Positions 29,656-39,047 of a stretch of DNA of 64,000 nt are shown here, piece after piece (positions within the stretch are counted from its first letter, which is position 1; every line of letters starts with the position of its first letter). The position numbers and the translations under genes were made by a program. Origin of the DNA: Dehalococcoidia bacterium (GTDB taxonomy: Bacteria > Chloroflexota > Dehalococcoidia > UBA6926); NCBI GenBank assembly GCA_034422835.1, contig DAOUJJ010000005.1:74891-138890 (forward strand), given 5' to 3'. The notes beneath the pieces were generated by a model. The model saw only the letters and a list, made by a program, of their open reading frames with translations, searched no databases and had not been told where the DNA came from.

Positions 29656-30363
29656 TCACGTACGGGCGCGAGACTGCATCCGCCGTTGCATGGCCTCGGA
29701 TGGCTTGGCCATCTTGTGGCCGGTGGTGAGTTTGTTCTGCACTTCCCGGATGATGCGGGGCGCGAGCCTGCCCTTATGCCGCTCGATGAACGCCAGGACG
29801 GGCGCGGGATCGCGTTGGCCGAGTTCACGCAATGCCCAGCTCAGCGCCTTTATGTGCAGGTCCGCCCGTTCATCGATGAACAACTCGCAGATCGCCAACG
29901 TTCGCGCGGCATCGCCCTTGCCAAGATGCCGTTCGTTCAGAGCGATGGTCGAGACCAGCCCTACCCTCTGCCACCAGAAGTTTTTTGACCGTGCCCACGC
30001 CAGCACATCGGAATCAGCGATCTGGCCACGCTGCCAAGCGGGGCCGCTCAGCTTGCGGGCAAAGTGATCGACCGATGCCCACCCGTCCAGCGTTCGGCCA
30101 AGTCGTTCCAGCATCCGCCCATCCAGGGAGTCCCGCAGTCCGCGATGACGATATGCAATCTCAAACGCAACCGTTCGCGCAGCATCATGGAGTTCGTCAG
30201 TTTCAATCAGCGCGTCACACAGAGCAAATACCGACTCGGCATCCACGCCGTCGGCCTTGAGTTGCTTAGTAGCGGCAGTTGCTACCGCACGCATGACAGG
30301 CCTGCGGAGAGGCTGTTCGCTCTCTACAAGCGAACGCAGGATGGATTCAACCGTGACCGGCAT
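29656..30363 (-). CDS. DNA alkylation repair protein (AlkD/AlkC-like HEAT-repeat glycosylase family)
   Basis: 235 aa, all-helical, with motifs …WARSKNFWWQRVGLVS…IKALSWALRELGQRD…, typical of the DNA alkylation repair enzyme family. Confidence 0.65.
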   Translation of the reverse strand: MPVTVESILRSLVESEQPLRRPVMRAVATAATKQLKADGVDAESVFALCDALIETDELHDAARTVAFEIAYRHRGLRDSLDGRMLERLGRTLDGWASVDHFARKLSGPAWQRGQIADSDVLAWARSKNFWWQRVGLVSTIALNERHLGKGDAARTLAICELFIDERADLHIKALSWALRELGQRDPAPVLAFIERHKGRLAPRIIREVQNKLTTGHKMAKPSEAMQRRMQSRART

Positions 30364-30394
30364 GTGCCCGCTCCGGCAGAGCAGTCCTGCCTGT

Positions 30395-32626
30395 CTATTG
30401 ATTCAATGCGCGGTGGAGTTTCTCCGCGGTGAACGGCGCGCTCTTGAGCCTTATGCCGACGGCGTCATCGATGGCGTTGGCGATAGCCGGGAGAGTGGTC
30501 AGGTTGGAATGCTCGCCGACGGCCTTGACGCGGTACGCACCCCTGCCCTCGCTCGTCTCAACGATACCCACGCGGAGTTCGGGAATGTCCGGCTCGGTGG
30601 GCATCTTGAAATCGGCGAACGACGGATTCGTCACACGGCCGCCCTCATCCACCGTCAACTCCTCCATCATTGCAAAGCCGTAGGCGTTGATCATGCCGCC
30701 CTCGATCTGTCCATAGAATCCGACGGGATTGATGATGCGGGACGTGTCATGGACTGCCGTGATGACCTTGACCTGGGGCTCGCCCGTCTCCCGATCGACC
30801 TCAACCTCTGCAACCTGCGCCACGAAGGACGTATAGGGGCTTTGGTCGGCCTCTTCCAGCCTACCCAGACCCGACACCGGCTCGCCCGATCTTTCGGCAA
30901 TTCGCTCCATCGGCACCGACTCGCCGGTTCGCGTGTTGGTGAGAGCGCCCGCCCCAAACTCGACGATCTCCTCGTCCCAGCCATTGAACTCCGCCGCCAG
31001 CCGCTTGAGCTTGCCACGGACATCATCTGCGGCCATGAAAGCCGACTCCGTGATGATGAAGCTGCCGCGGCTGCCGCCAACGCCGGTGTCAAAATCCGCC
31101 TGGTCCGTGTTGAGCGGAACAACAGACACGCGTGAGATGTCAATGCCCAACTCATCCGCCGTGACCTGCTGCATCATCGTGTGGTTGCCCATGCCGGGAT
31201 CGTAGATGGAGCTTGCGGCGAGGACGCTGCCGTCCGCGTTGACAGTGATGTTGATGGTGGTCTGACCGCCGCCCTGCGTGCGATGCCCAAAGGCGATGCC
31301 CCGCCCAACGTTCTCAGCCTTGGGCGTGTCCCAGCCGGATAGCCGCCCGGCCTCACGCAGAACTTCTTCGGCCTTGACGTCGAGGAAAACGCGGCCAACC
31401 GGCGTCTCGTCGCCGTCATGAAGGACGTTCCTGATTCGCAGCTCCAGCGGGTCCATGCCGAGTTCCTGCGCGATGAGGTCCATGTGGGACTCGCCGGCGA
31501 AGATGCCCTGCACCTCGCCGGGCGAACGATGGAATCCGCACGGAACCGTGTTGGTGTAGACCTGGTAGGCGTCAATCTGGACGTGAGGTATCACGTACGG
31601 GCCCGCAATCTCGGCGATGCCGGGGAGGTTGGAGCCGGGCACGGGTTTGTAGCTGCCATAGGCGCCGGAGTTGAAATAGACCTCTGCCTCCCATGCCGTG
31701 AGAGTGCCGTCACGCTTGACGCCTGCCTTGACGCGCATCGTGCTCTCATGACGGGGATTCATGGCGTAGAACTCTTCCGAGTAATCGAACGCCAGCTTGA
31801 CGGGCCTGCCCGTCTTCTTTGCAAGGAAATAGCAGATGGGCGCGCCGTTGATGTCGCCCTTGCCGCCGAAATCCCCACCCACGTACGCGTAATTCACAGT
31901 GATGTTGTCCGGCTCCTCGCCGATAACAAGTGCAATTGCGCGGCGGTTGGCGAATGGCGACTTTGATCCCAGCCAGACCTGAACGTGGCCGGTCTCATCG
32001 ATCCAGACAATAGTGTTGTGGACCTCAAGGTAGCCCTGGTGCGTGCGGGGAGTTGTGTACTCGTGCTCGACAATGAGATCAGCCTCCGCGAACCCTTCAG
32101 AAACGTCTCCCTTGCCCCAGGTTCCCTTCGCGAAGATATTGGACGGCGTTTCCTGTTCACCGGGGATGCCAAAGTACGTATTGAATTCCGGGTGCAGAAT
32201 CGGCGCGCCGTCGGCCAGCGCCTCGTCCATCGTGACCACGCCGGGAAGTTCCTCGTATTCAACGTCGAGGAGTTCGAGCGCTCGCTCGGCGATGTCCTCA
32301 TCCTCAGCGGCGACGGCTGCGATTGCGTCCCCGATATAGCGCGCCGCATCATACGCCAAAACGTGCTCATCCATGATCCGCTTGCCGAAACGCAGTCCCT
32401 GCACGTCCTCCGGCGTCAGAACCGCATGTACTCCCGGCAGCGCGAGCGCGGCGGAGGTGTCTATGGACTTAACGCGGGCGTGCGGGTACGGGGATCGGAG
32501 GACTTTGCACCACAACATCCCGGGCAGCGTCACGTCAAGCGCGTATTGACCGATTCCCGTCACCTTGTCCGGGCCGTCCGAGCGACCTATCGGCGCTCCG
32601 ACGGCAGGCTGCTGCGCTGTTGCCAT
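30395..32626 (-). CDS. xanthine dehydrogenase/aldehyde oxidase-family molybdopterin-binding large subunit (orphan; no adjacent FeS/FAD subunits)
   Basis: 743 aa with the DKVTGIGQYALDV N-terminus and MoCo-domain motifs. The active-site region reads CGFHRSPG. It lacks both the form-I AYXCSFR and the form-II AYRGAGR CoxL signatures. Confidence 0.85.
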   Translation of the reverse strand: MATAQQPAVGAPIGRSDGPDKVTGIGQYALDVTLPGMLWCKVLRSPYPHARVKSIDTSAALALPGVHAVLTPEDVQGLRFGKRIMDEHVLAYDAARYIGDAIAAVAAEDEDIAERALELLDVEYEELPGVVTMDEALADGAPILHPEFNTYFGIPGEQETPSNIFAKGTWGKGDVSEGFAEADLIVEHEYTTPRTHQGYLEVHNTIVWIDETGHVQVWLGSKSPFANRRAIALVIGEEPDNITVNYAYVGGDFGGKGDINGAPICYFLAKKTGRPVKLAFDYSEEFYAMNPRHESTMRVKAGVKRDGTLTAWEAEVYFNSGAYGSYKPVPGSNLPGIAEIAGPYVIPHVQIDAYQVYTNTVPCGFHRSPGEVQGIFAGESHMDLIAQELGMDPLELRIRNVLHDGDETPVGRVFLDVKAEEVLREAGRLSGWDTPKAENVGRGIAFGHRTQGGGQTTINITVNADGSVLAASSIYDPGMGNHTMMQQVTADELGIDISRVSVVPLNTDQADFDTGVGGSRGSFIITESAFMAADDVRGKLKRLAAEFNGWDEEIVEFGAGALTNTRTGESVPMERIAERSGEPVSGLGRLEEADQSPYTSFVAQVAEVEVDRETGEPQVKVITAVHDTSRIINPVGFYGQIEGGMINAYGFAMMEELTVDEGGRVTNPSFADFKMPTEPDIPELRVGIVETSEGRGAYRVKAVGEHSNLTTLPAIANAIDDAVGIRLKSAPFTAEKLHRALNQ

Positions 32627-32657
32627 TGTGTGTTTCTCCCCTACCCGTTTACCTCGT

Positions 32658-32683
32658 CAAAAAGGAGGCCGGACGGCCTCCGC
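32658..32683 (-). terminator. intrinsic terminator of the GYD gene (GGAGGCC-GUCC-GGCCUCC followed by UUUUUU on the minus-strand transcript)
   Basis: Perfect 7-bp GC stem at 32664-32682 with an A6 run (T6 on the minus strand) immediately 3' in the transcript sense. It is about 70 nt downstream of the GYD stop. Confidence 0.6.
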
Positions 32684-32754
32684 CGACTGTGTGATTCCTG
32701 TAACAAAGTATAGGGAAACGGATTATCCGCCGCTAGGGAGGGGCGCAGGTCTCC

Positions 32755-33129
32755 CTAGGTGGACACCGGCCCCGCAAAGTCTGGCGAATCATCGCCGTCA
32801 TCAGTTGCAAGAACCGGCCGTTGCACGGAAGTCAGCGTCTCAAGCGTCTCATCGGACCCGTCGGCCAGTTGGCGGACGGCAATGGTGACGAGCGTCTCTA
32901 TGTGGACGTGGGCGCGGGCGCCGAGTTCGAGTGACAGGCGGGCGGCATCCTCATGGGTGCGGGCCTCGACCATGGCAACGTAATCGTATTGTCCGAGGAC
33001 GGCGTAGCGCGCCAGCAACTGTGTGCCATCCACGTTAACCTCGTCGGCGACGTGAGAAAACATCTCCGGGTCGCGCAGCATCGCCTGCTGGCCCTCTTCA
33101 GTGACGGTACACAGGAATATGTAGAGCAT
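32755..33129 (-). CDS. GYD-domain protein
   Basis: 124 aa with the GYD signature (…YAVLGQYDYVAMVEARTHEDAARLSLELGA…). The C-terminal roughly 30 aa is acidic and disordered. Confidence 0.7.
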   Translation of the reverse strand: MLYIFLCTVTEEGQQAMLRDPEMFSHVADEVNVDGTQLLARYAVLGQYDYVAMVEARTHEDAARLSLELGARAHVHIETLVTIAVRQLADGSDETLETLTSVQRPVLATDDGDDSPDFAGPVST

Positions 33130-33213
33130 CCCGCCCTCCGATGATAATCATTGACATAGTAACGCAACGGGGACGGTTGCTGGGAGAAGGTGACGCCTTC
33201 TCCAATCAAACCT

Positions 33214-33747
33214 TTAGGTCAGTCCCCCCTCCATGTAGAGATAGCGGAGGAGGCCGGCGATTGATTTGGCGTCACGGATCTCGCCGCTGCGGATGAGGTC
33301 CGGGATATCGGCGGGAGGCGTCGGCACGACGGTGATTTCCTCGTCTGCGTCCGGCTCCACACCCTCAATGGGTGTCAGACCTGTAGCAAGAAAGAGATGC
33401 AGGAATTCGTCGCAGAAGCCGGGGGCGCTGTAGAAACCGCCCAGCGGCGCCATCGCCCCCGGATCGTGGGCAATCTCTTCCTGCAGCTCGCGCCGCGCCG
33501 TTATCTCGGGCTCTTCGCCTTCTTCACGTGTTCCGGCGGGGAGTTCAAGCAAGACATCACGGGCTGATGGACGGGGCTGGCGCACAAGCAGAATGTTGCC
33601 ATCAGAATCGACGGGCACCATGACAGCTGCGCCCGGATGCTGAATGGTCGTCCACATCTGCTCCCGTCCGCCGTCCAATCGCATATGGTCCTCATAGACG
33701 GTGACAATGCGGCCCTCATGGACGGCGCGGCGTGAAAGGCGTTCCAT
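33214..33747 (-). CDS. NUDIX hydrolase (ADP-ribose pyrophosphatase-like)
   Basis: Nudix box ELPAGTREEGEEPEITARRELQEEIA. Confidence 0.8.
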   Translation of the reverse strand: MERLSRRAVHEGRIVTVYEDHMRLDGGREQMWTTIQHPGAAVMVPVDSDGNILLVRQPRPSARDVLLELPAGTREEGEEPEITARRELQEEIAHDPGAMAPLGGFYSAPGFCDEFLHLFLATGLTPIEGVEPDADEEITVVPTPPADIPDLIRSGEIRDAKSIAGLLRYLYMEGGLT

Positions 33748-33770
33748 AGCGTCCTCCGGTTGCCTAAGCG

Positions 33771-34349
33771 CTAAGCGCGGGTTGGAATGGGATCGAGAAG
33801 ATCATCGTCGTCCGGCAGGTCAGCCGTGAACTCCCGGGCCACCGGCCTGCTCATCGCGATCTCGTTGCAGTTGGAGAACTTGGGGCAGCGGATGCACTCC
33901 GACCACACTTTGCGCGGAAATGCGAGTACATCGGCACGCTCGAATTGCAGCTTTTCATAGAAACCGGGCTTGTGCGTCAGGACGAAGACAGTCGGCAGCT
34001 CCATCCGCGCCGCTTCCTCAACGCATTTCTCCACGAGGTACGCGCCAATGCCCTGCCCGTGCAGAGCCTCGCTGACGGCGACGGATTTTATCTCGGCCAG
34101 GTCGTCCCAGAGGATATGGAGCGCGGCGGTGGCAGCCACCTCGTCGTTCTCATCCGCAATGATGAGGAAATCGCGGATATTCTCATAGAGCTCGGACGCG
34201 CTGCGCGGCAGCATCTCACCCTGGCTGGCAAAGTTGTTGATCATCTCGGCCATCCGGGGAACATCAGCCAGGCGCGCCGACCTGACGCGGAAGCCGCGTT
34301 GCGCGAGGGCGGCTTCCCTGACGGCAAGCGCTTCAGAAAGGGTGGTCAT
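33771..34349 (-). CDS. GNAT family N-acetyltransferase (amino-acid N-acetyltransferase-like)
   Basis: 192 aa with the acetyl-CoA motif (…LHGQGIGAYLVEKCVEEAAR…). Overlaps nadK by 4 nt. Confidence 0.75.
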   Translation of the reverse strand: MTTLSEALAVREAALAQRGFRVRSARLADVPRMAEMINNFASQGEMLPRSASELYENIRDFLIIADENDEVAATAALHILWDDLAEIKSVAVSEALHGQGIGAYLVEKCVEEAARMELPTVFVLTHKPGFYEKLQFERADVLAFPRKVWSECIRCPKFSNCNEIAMSRPVAREFTADLPDDDDLLDPIPTRA

Positions 34350-35230
34350 GGCGCCGTAACTCCCTGCGGCGCGGCAACGTCATCACCAGCGCCGTCCACA
34401 TCCAGCAAGTCTGGGTGACGGCGGCGGCGGTTCAACAGATCACCGAGGCTGCGGTAGAAGTAACCGGAATCACGGAATCGCAGGAGGCGCGCCTGATGAG
34501 GGCTCCGGCGAACGGTGACAACAGTGTCGTCATGGACATCGAAATCATCCTGCCCGTCAAAGCTGAGAACCGCGCCGTGATCCGTTCTGATGCGAATCAC
34601 AATCTCTGCGTCAGGCTCAACGAGGACGGGGGACTCAGACACGGGGTGCGCCGAAACGGGATTGATGATTAACTCTGCCGTCGTGGGCGGCAACACGGGC
34701 CCTCCGGCGGCGAGATTGTAAGCGGTGCTGCCGGTGGCGGTGGCGACAATAACGCCGTCGCCGCGAAAGGCAAGCAGTTCAACGCCGTTCACGGTGACGC
34801 CGACCTGCACAGTGCGGGCGGGGCCACCACGGCTGATGATGGCGTCATTGAGGGCATAGGACGTTGCGTCGTCATGATCGACTGCCAGCATCGTCCTCTC
34901 CTCGATTCGGCCTTCACCGTTCAGGGCCCGCGGCAACAGTTCAGACGAGGTGGATGCGTCAATCTCCGTAAGGAAACCGAGTCTACCGGCGTTGACGCCG
35001 AGGATGGGGATGCCCGAAGGGGCGACGACACGGGCAACCCGCAGGAGGGTCCCGTCACCCCCCACACTGACGATCAGGTCCGTACCCCGGTTGATTTGAT
35101 CGATGCCGTCATCCCAGGACGATTGGAGCCACACATCACGGCCCAGCGCCCGCGCCTGGTCGGCCAGCATCGACGCAACCGTTTCCGGTTCCGCCGTTCG
35201 TGTCTGGTAGAGGATGCCGACTCGTTTCAT
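34346..35230 (-). CDS. nadK: NAD(+) kinase
   Basis: Shows the GGDGTLL motif and the NAD kinase C-terminal beta-domain. Confidence 0.85.
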   Translation of the reverse strand: MKRVGILYQTRTAEPETVASMLADQARALGRDVWLQSSWDDGIDQINRGTDLIVSVGGDGTLLRVARVVAPSGIPILGVNAGRLGFLTEIDASTSSELLPRALNGEGRIEERTMLAVDHDDATSYALNDAIISRGGPARTVQVGVTVNGVELLAFRGDGVIVATATGSTAYNLAAGGPVLPPTTAELIINPVSAHPVSESPVLVEPDAEIVIRIRTDHGAVLSFDGQDDFDVHDDTVVTVRRSPHQARLLRFRDSGYFYRSLGDLLNRRRRHPDLLDVDGAGDDVAAPQGVTAP

Positions 35231-35331
35231 GGGAACGCCATTATGCCGGGATTGCGCGGCGGCGTCAGACGGTCGGCGCGGTCTCGTCTCTCTAGATCAG
35301 GCGAAAACCGTCTCGCGCCCCTGCCCCGCCG

Positions 35332-36243
35332 CTATGCCTCGTCCTTCACTATCTGAATGAGCACTCCCGCCGCGCTCTTGGGATGAATCCACGCGAACTC
35401 GTCATTCGGCTTGCCGATGAGCTTCAGGCCGTTGCCCTGCACGAAATCGGCCGCGGCCTTGACGTCCTTCGTCGCAAAAGCGATGTGGTGCATGGTGCCG
35501 CTTGCGCTGCCGCCGTACTTCTCCAGGAAACGCGCCGTGCCGCTCGTGCTGTCATCCGGCGAGACGGCGAGGATCCCGCCGCCATTGTCGCCGGCAGGGA
35601 TGCTCAGCACGCGGACGTTGTCCGACTCGATCTTTCGACCGCCCTTGAGGACGTTCGTCCTGAGCATGTCGGCTCGCATGCCGATGACGTTGCACCAGAA
35701 ATGGCGGGCCTTCTCCATATCGCCTGCGACGACGCCGATGTGGTTCATCCGCGTGAAAACGCCCTTGCCCTGGTAGCGCTTGCCGACGTGATGGTCGTCC
35801 GTGAACCAGATCTCCAGCAGGATGCCCATGCAGTCGCGCGGGTGGAAGAACGCAACGCTGTCGAATGGCTCGTTCCTGGCAAGCTCCTCCGGTGAGGCGG
35901 CAATCTGCTGGATGCCGGACGCGCGCAGGTGCGCAACGTCATCGGGCACGTTCGTGGAGTGCAGGCAGACGTGGTGGAGCGCACCAACGCCGCCGCGCCG
36001 CTCGATGAATGTATGCGTTCCGCCGGGCGGGGTGCCGTCCGCAGGCGGAGCGTTCATCTCAAGCTCAGCGTTGCCGATGGGAATATCGAGAATGTCCGTG
36101 GGATCCGGGCCGCGCTGCTTGCTGCCCTCCGGCAGCGGTGAGCGGGTCTGGTCGACGTTCAGGCCGAGCCCGTCCGCAAAGACGTTCTTGGCCGTCACGA
36201 GGTCGGCGATGGCGATTCCTGCGTGGTGAATTCTGTCAAACAA
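35332..36243 (-). CDS. two-domain VOC-fold protein (MFDRIHHAGIA… type), paralogue of 36291-37322
   Basis: 303 aa with two VOC modules (FDRIHHAGIAI…ALHHVCLHS; FTRMNHIGVVAGD…GTMHHIAFAT). Roughly 60% identical by eye to the neighbouring gene. Confidence 0.7.
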   Translation of the reverse strand: MFDRIHHAGIAIADLVTAKNVFADGLGLNVDQTRSPLPEGSKQRGPDPTDILDIPIGNAELEMNAPPADGTPPGGTHTFIERRGGVGALHHVCLHSTNVPDDVAHLRASGIQQIAASPEELARNEPFDSVAFFHPRDCMGILLEIWFTDDHHVGKRYQGKGVFTRMNHIGVVAGDMEKARHFWCNVIGMRADMLRTNVLKGGRKIESDNVRVLSIPAGDNGGGILAVSPDDSTSGTARFLEKYGGSASGTMHHIAFATKDVKAAADFVQGNGLKLIGKPNDEFAWIHPKSAAGVLIQIVKDEA

Positions 36244-36290
36244 TGTTGTATTTCCTTATGGATTGTGTGTTGTCGTCAGTTCCGGCTGCC

Positions 36291-37322
36291 TTACTCGCCC
36301 ACTATCTCGGCGACCTCAGCTTCAGTCACGCCGTATTCGCTCGCAAGCTCCCTATTTGTTCGGCCTACCGTCTTGCCCTGCCGGATTGCGCGCGCTCGCT
36401 CTGATGGGCTGAGCGGCCTGGGTTTGCCCAGATCGTCCTTGACGATCTGGATCAGGACGCCTGAGGCGCTCTTCGGATGAATCCATGCGCTGTCGTCAGT
36501 TGCGGCGCCGATGAGCTGAAGGCCGCGTGACTGCACAACGTCCGCGGCGGTCTTGACGTCGGCAGTGGCCAACGCGATGTGGTGCATCGTGCCACCGGCC
36601 CGCGCGCCGTACTTCTCAAGGAAACGCGCCGTGCCGCTCTCGCTGTCGTCGGGATGAACGCACGTGATGCCGGAATCGCCCATCGGCAGATTCAGAACAG
36701 TCACGTTGTCGGATTCCACGTGCCGGCCGCCCTTGAGGACGTTCGACCTGAACATATCGACACGGAAGCCAATGATATTCGTCCAGAAGTGGCGAGACTT
36801 CTCGATGTCTGTCGCCACGACGCCGATGTGCGCCATCCGTGTGAATAGGCCTTCACCCTGGTAGCGCATATCAACGCGGTGATTCTCAGTCGGCCATATC
36901 TCAAACAGGATGCCCATGCAGTCCCGCGGATGGAAGAATGCAACGTCCGTCCACGGCTCGTTCTCGGCAAGGACCTCCAGCGGCGCGGCAACCTGCTGTA
37001 GGCCGGAGGCCCGCAGGTGGCCTACGTCGTCTGCCATGTTGGTGGTATGCAGGCACACATGGTGGAGCGCGCCCAGCCCACCGCGTGATTCCACAAACCG
37101 ATGAACGCCCGTGCCCTCTGCGGCGGCGGCGTTCAGTTCAAGTTCTGAGTGCCCGATGGGAATATCGATGATGTCCGTCGGGTCCGCCCCTCGCTGCGCT
37201 CGACCCTGGGGCCGTGGAGAGCGAATCCCGTCGACGCGAAGCCCAAGTGCGTCTGCAAAGATGTCCGTAGCTCCCTGGAGATCGCCAACGGCGATTCCGG
37301 CGTGGTGGACACGGTCAAACAT
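36291..37322 (-). CDS. two-domain VOC-fold protein with a roughly 45-aa C-terminal HTH-like extension
   Basis: 343 aa with the same architecture as 35332-36243. It carries the tail LGKPRPLSPSERARAIRQGKTVGRTNRELASEYGVTEAEVAEIVGE, which resembles a helix-turn-helix of the sigma region-4 or transposase N-terminal type. Confidence 0.7.
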   Translation of the reverse strand: MFDRVHHAGIAVGDLQGATDIFADALGLRVDGIRSPRPQGRAQRGADPTDIIDIPIGHSELELNAAAAEGTGVHRFVESRGGLGALHHVCLHTTNMADDVGHLRASGLQQVAAPLEVLAENEPWTDVAFFHPRDCMGILFEIWPTENHRVDMRYQGEGLFTRMAHIGVVATDIEKSRHFWTNIIGFRVDMFRSNVLKGGRHVESDNVTVLNLPMGDSGITCVHPDDSESGTARFLEKYGARAGGTMHHIALATADVKTAADVVQSRGLQLIGAATDDSAWIHPKSASGVLIQIVKDDLGKPRPLSPSERARAIRQGKTVGRTNRELASEYGVTEAEVAEIVGE

Positions 37323-37454
37323 AGTTGCTTACCTCCGATAGGTTCTGTGTCCGGGCCTCAGGCCGCAATGGCGCTGTTGCCGTCACTTGTTAGGAAATCA
37401 TAGCGCATAGGCGCGGACTTGCGTTATTGAACGTAGCTGACCAAACGTGATTCA

Positions 37455-37490
37455 GATTCCCGCCTTCGCGGGAATGACGAGTGGCGGAGC
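37455..37490. repeat. family-A palindromic element, copy 4 (AGATTCCCGCCTTCGCGGGAATGACGAGTGG plus a partial second unit)
   Basis: About 40 nt 3' of the nuoN stop. A second half-unit, GCGGGAATTACGGG, follows at 37478-37494. Confidence 0.75.
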
Positions 37491-37529
37491 GGGAATTACG
37501 GGTCCTGAAACACCAAGAGCAAATGAGAT

Positions 37530-39041
37530 TTATGGTGTGAAGGACGCGGCGGCCTCCGTTGCGCGGGTGATGAGCCAGAACGGAACGATGCCCAGGATAA
37601 TGACGCCGATGAGGCTGACGGCCATTGATGCCCGCAGCGAGAGGGAGCGCCCGGGTTCGCTCTCTGTCGCGGCGGGACCGCCGGACTGCCACAGCCGGCG
37701 CACGGGGCGCAGGTAGTAGTACGCGGAGACGAAGCTGTTGAGGGCGCCCGCCAGCGCCAGCCACCAGAGATCGCCCTGCACCGCCCCGTAGAAGAGGTAG
37801 ATCTTGCCAACAAAGAGCCCCGTGGGCGGCAGACCCACCAGTGAGATGAGCGCCACCGTCAGGACAACTGCGGCGAACGGCGACCGGGAGAATCCACCTG
37901 TCAATTCCTCGATGGAGTCGTTGCCGTTGGGCCGGCTGAGGGCGATGAGAGCACCGAACGCGGCCAGGTTTGAGAACGTGTAGGCCGCGAGGTAGAAGAT
38001 GACGCCGCTCGTTGCCAGTTCATAGACGTTCGCCGCGCTGTTGCCCATCACGGCAACGCCGATCAGGATGTAACCGGCCTGCGCTATCGTGCTGTAGGCT
38101 AGCAGTCGCTTGATGTTGGTCTGGATGATGGCAACCACGTTGCCGATGGTCATGGAGGCGATGGCAAGCGCGCCGATGAGCAGCGGCCAGTCCAGCGCAT
38201 CCAACCCCGCCTGCTCAAACGTAACGATGAAGAACCGCAGGAGGACGGCAAATCCGGCGGCTTTGGATGCCACGGAAAGGTAACCAACGATGGGCGTGGG
38301 CGCGCCCTCATAGACCGCAGGAACCCACATCTGGAACGGCACGCTGGAGATCTTGAAGCCGAACCCGACGATAATCAGCACGGCGGCCATGACTAGCGCG
38401 AGGTTGTTGGCTACGCCGCCTTCTGCGACGCGCTCCGCCACCACACCCGGCATGTCCGCGATGAACGTCGTGCCGGTCAGGCCAAACAGGATCGCCATTC
38501 CGTACAACATGACGGCCGTCGCGACGGCGCTGAGCAGCAGGAATTTCAGGGCTGATTCCGTGGAGCGCTCGTCCTTGAGCAGCGCTATCAGGGCGACAAG
38601 CGCAAATGTCTGGATCTCAAGCGCCAGAACGATGGAGATCAAGTCACCCATCGAGACGAGCAGCATCATGCCGACGGTCGCCAGCAGAAGGAGGCCGTAG
38701 TATTCGCCGTGGAAACGAGCTAGGCGGCGTTCAACGTAGGCGGGCGAGAAGAGAATAGCCAGCAGCGTCCCGCCAAGCACGATGAGCTTGAACATCGTGC
38801 CGAAGAGGTCTGTGACGACGATGCCGGAGTAGCTTGTGCCGGAGGCATCGGACGTCCAGAGCCAAACGGCAGCGCCGCCCGCCATGGCTACGCCCAGAGC
38901 GCTAAGCCACGCGAGAACTCGTTTGTCCCGCGCGATGAGGTCAACCAGGACAACGGCGATGGCGGCAAGCGTCAGGATGATCTCCGGCGCGAGATGCCCA
39001 AAGTCGATGCCCAGAGAGGCGGCGTCTATCTGCGTCGGCAT
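37530..39041 (-). CDS. nuoN: NADH-quinone oxidoreductase subunit N
   Basis: 503 aa with about 14 TM, the last gene of the nuo cluster. Antiporter-like fold. Confidence 0.9.
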   Translation of the reverse strand: MPTQIDAASLGIDFGHLAPEIILTLAAIAVVLVDLIARDKRVLAWLSALGVAMAGGAAVWLWTSDASGTSYSGIVVTDLFGTMFKLIVLGGTLLAILFSPAYVERRLARFHGEYYGLLLLATVGMMLLVSMGDLISIVLALEIQTFALVALIALLKDERSTESALKFLLLSAVATAVMLYGMAILFGLTGTTFIADMPGVVAERVAEGGVANNLALVMAAVLIIVGFGFKISSVPFQMWVPAVYEGAPTPIVGYLSVASKAAGFAVLLRFFIVTFEQAGLDALDWPLLIGALAIASMTIGNVVAIIQTNIKRLLAYSTIAQAGYILIGVAVMGNSAANVYELATSGVIFYLAAYTFSNLAAFGALIALSRPNGNDSIEELTGGFSRSPFAAVVLTVALISLVGLPPTGLFVGKIYLFYGAVQGDLWWLALAGALNSFVSAYYYLRPVRRLWQSGGPAATESEPGRSLSLRASMAVSLIGVIILGIVPFWLITRATEAAASFTP

Positions 39042-39047
39042 GACCGC

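Noticed and set aside
30257-32713. Several + strand ORFs (292 aa, 182 aa, 242 aa)
   Set aside because: All antisense to the 743-aa Mo-hydroxylase gene or the alkD-like gene.
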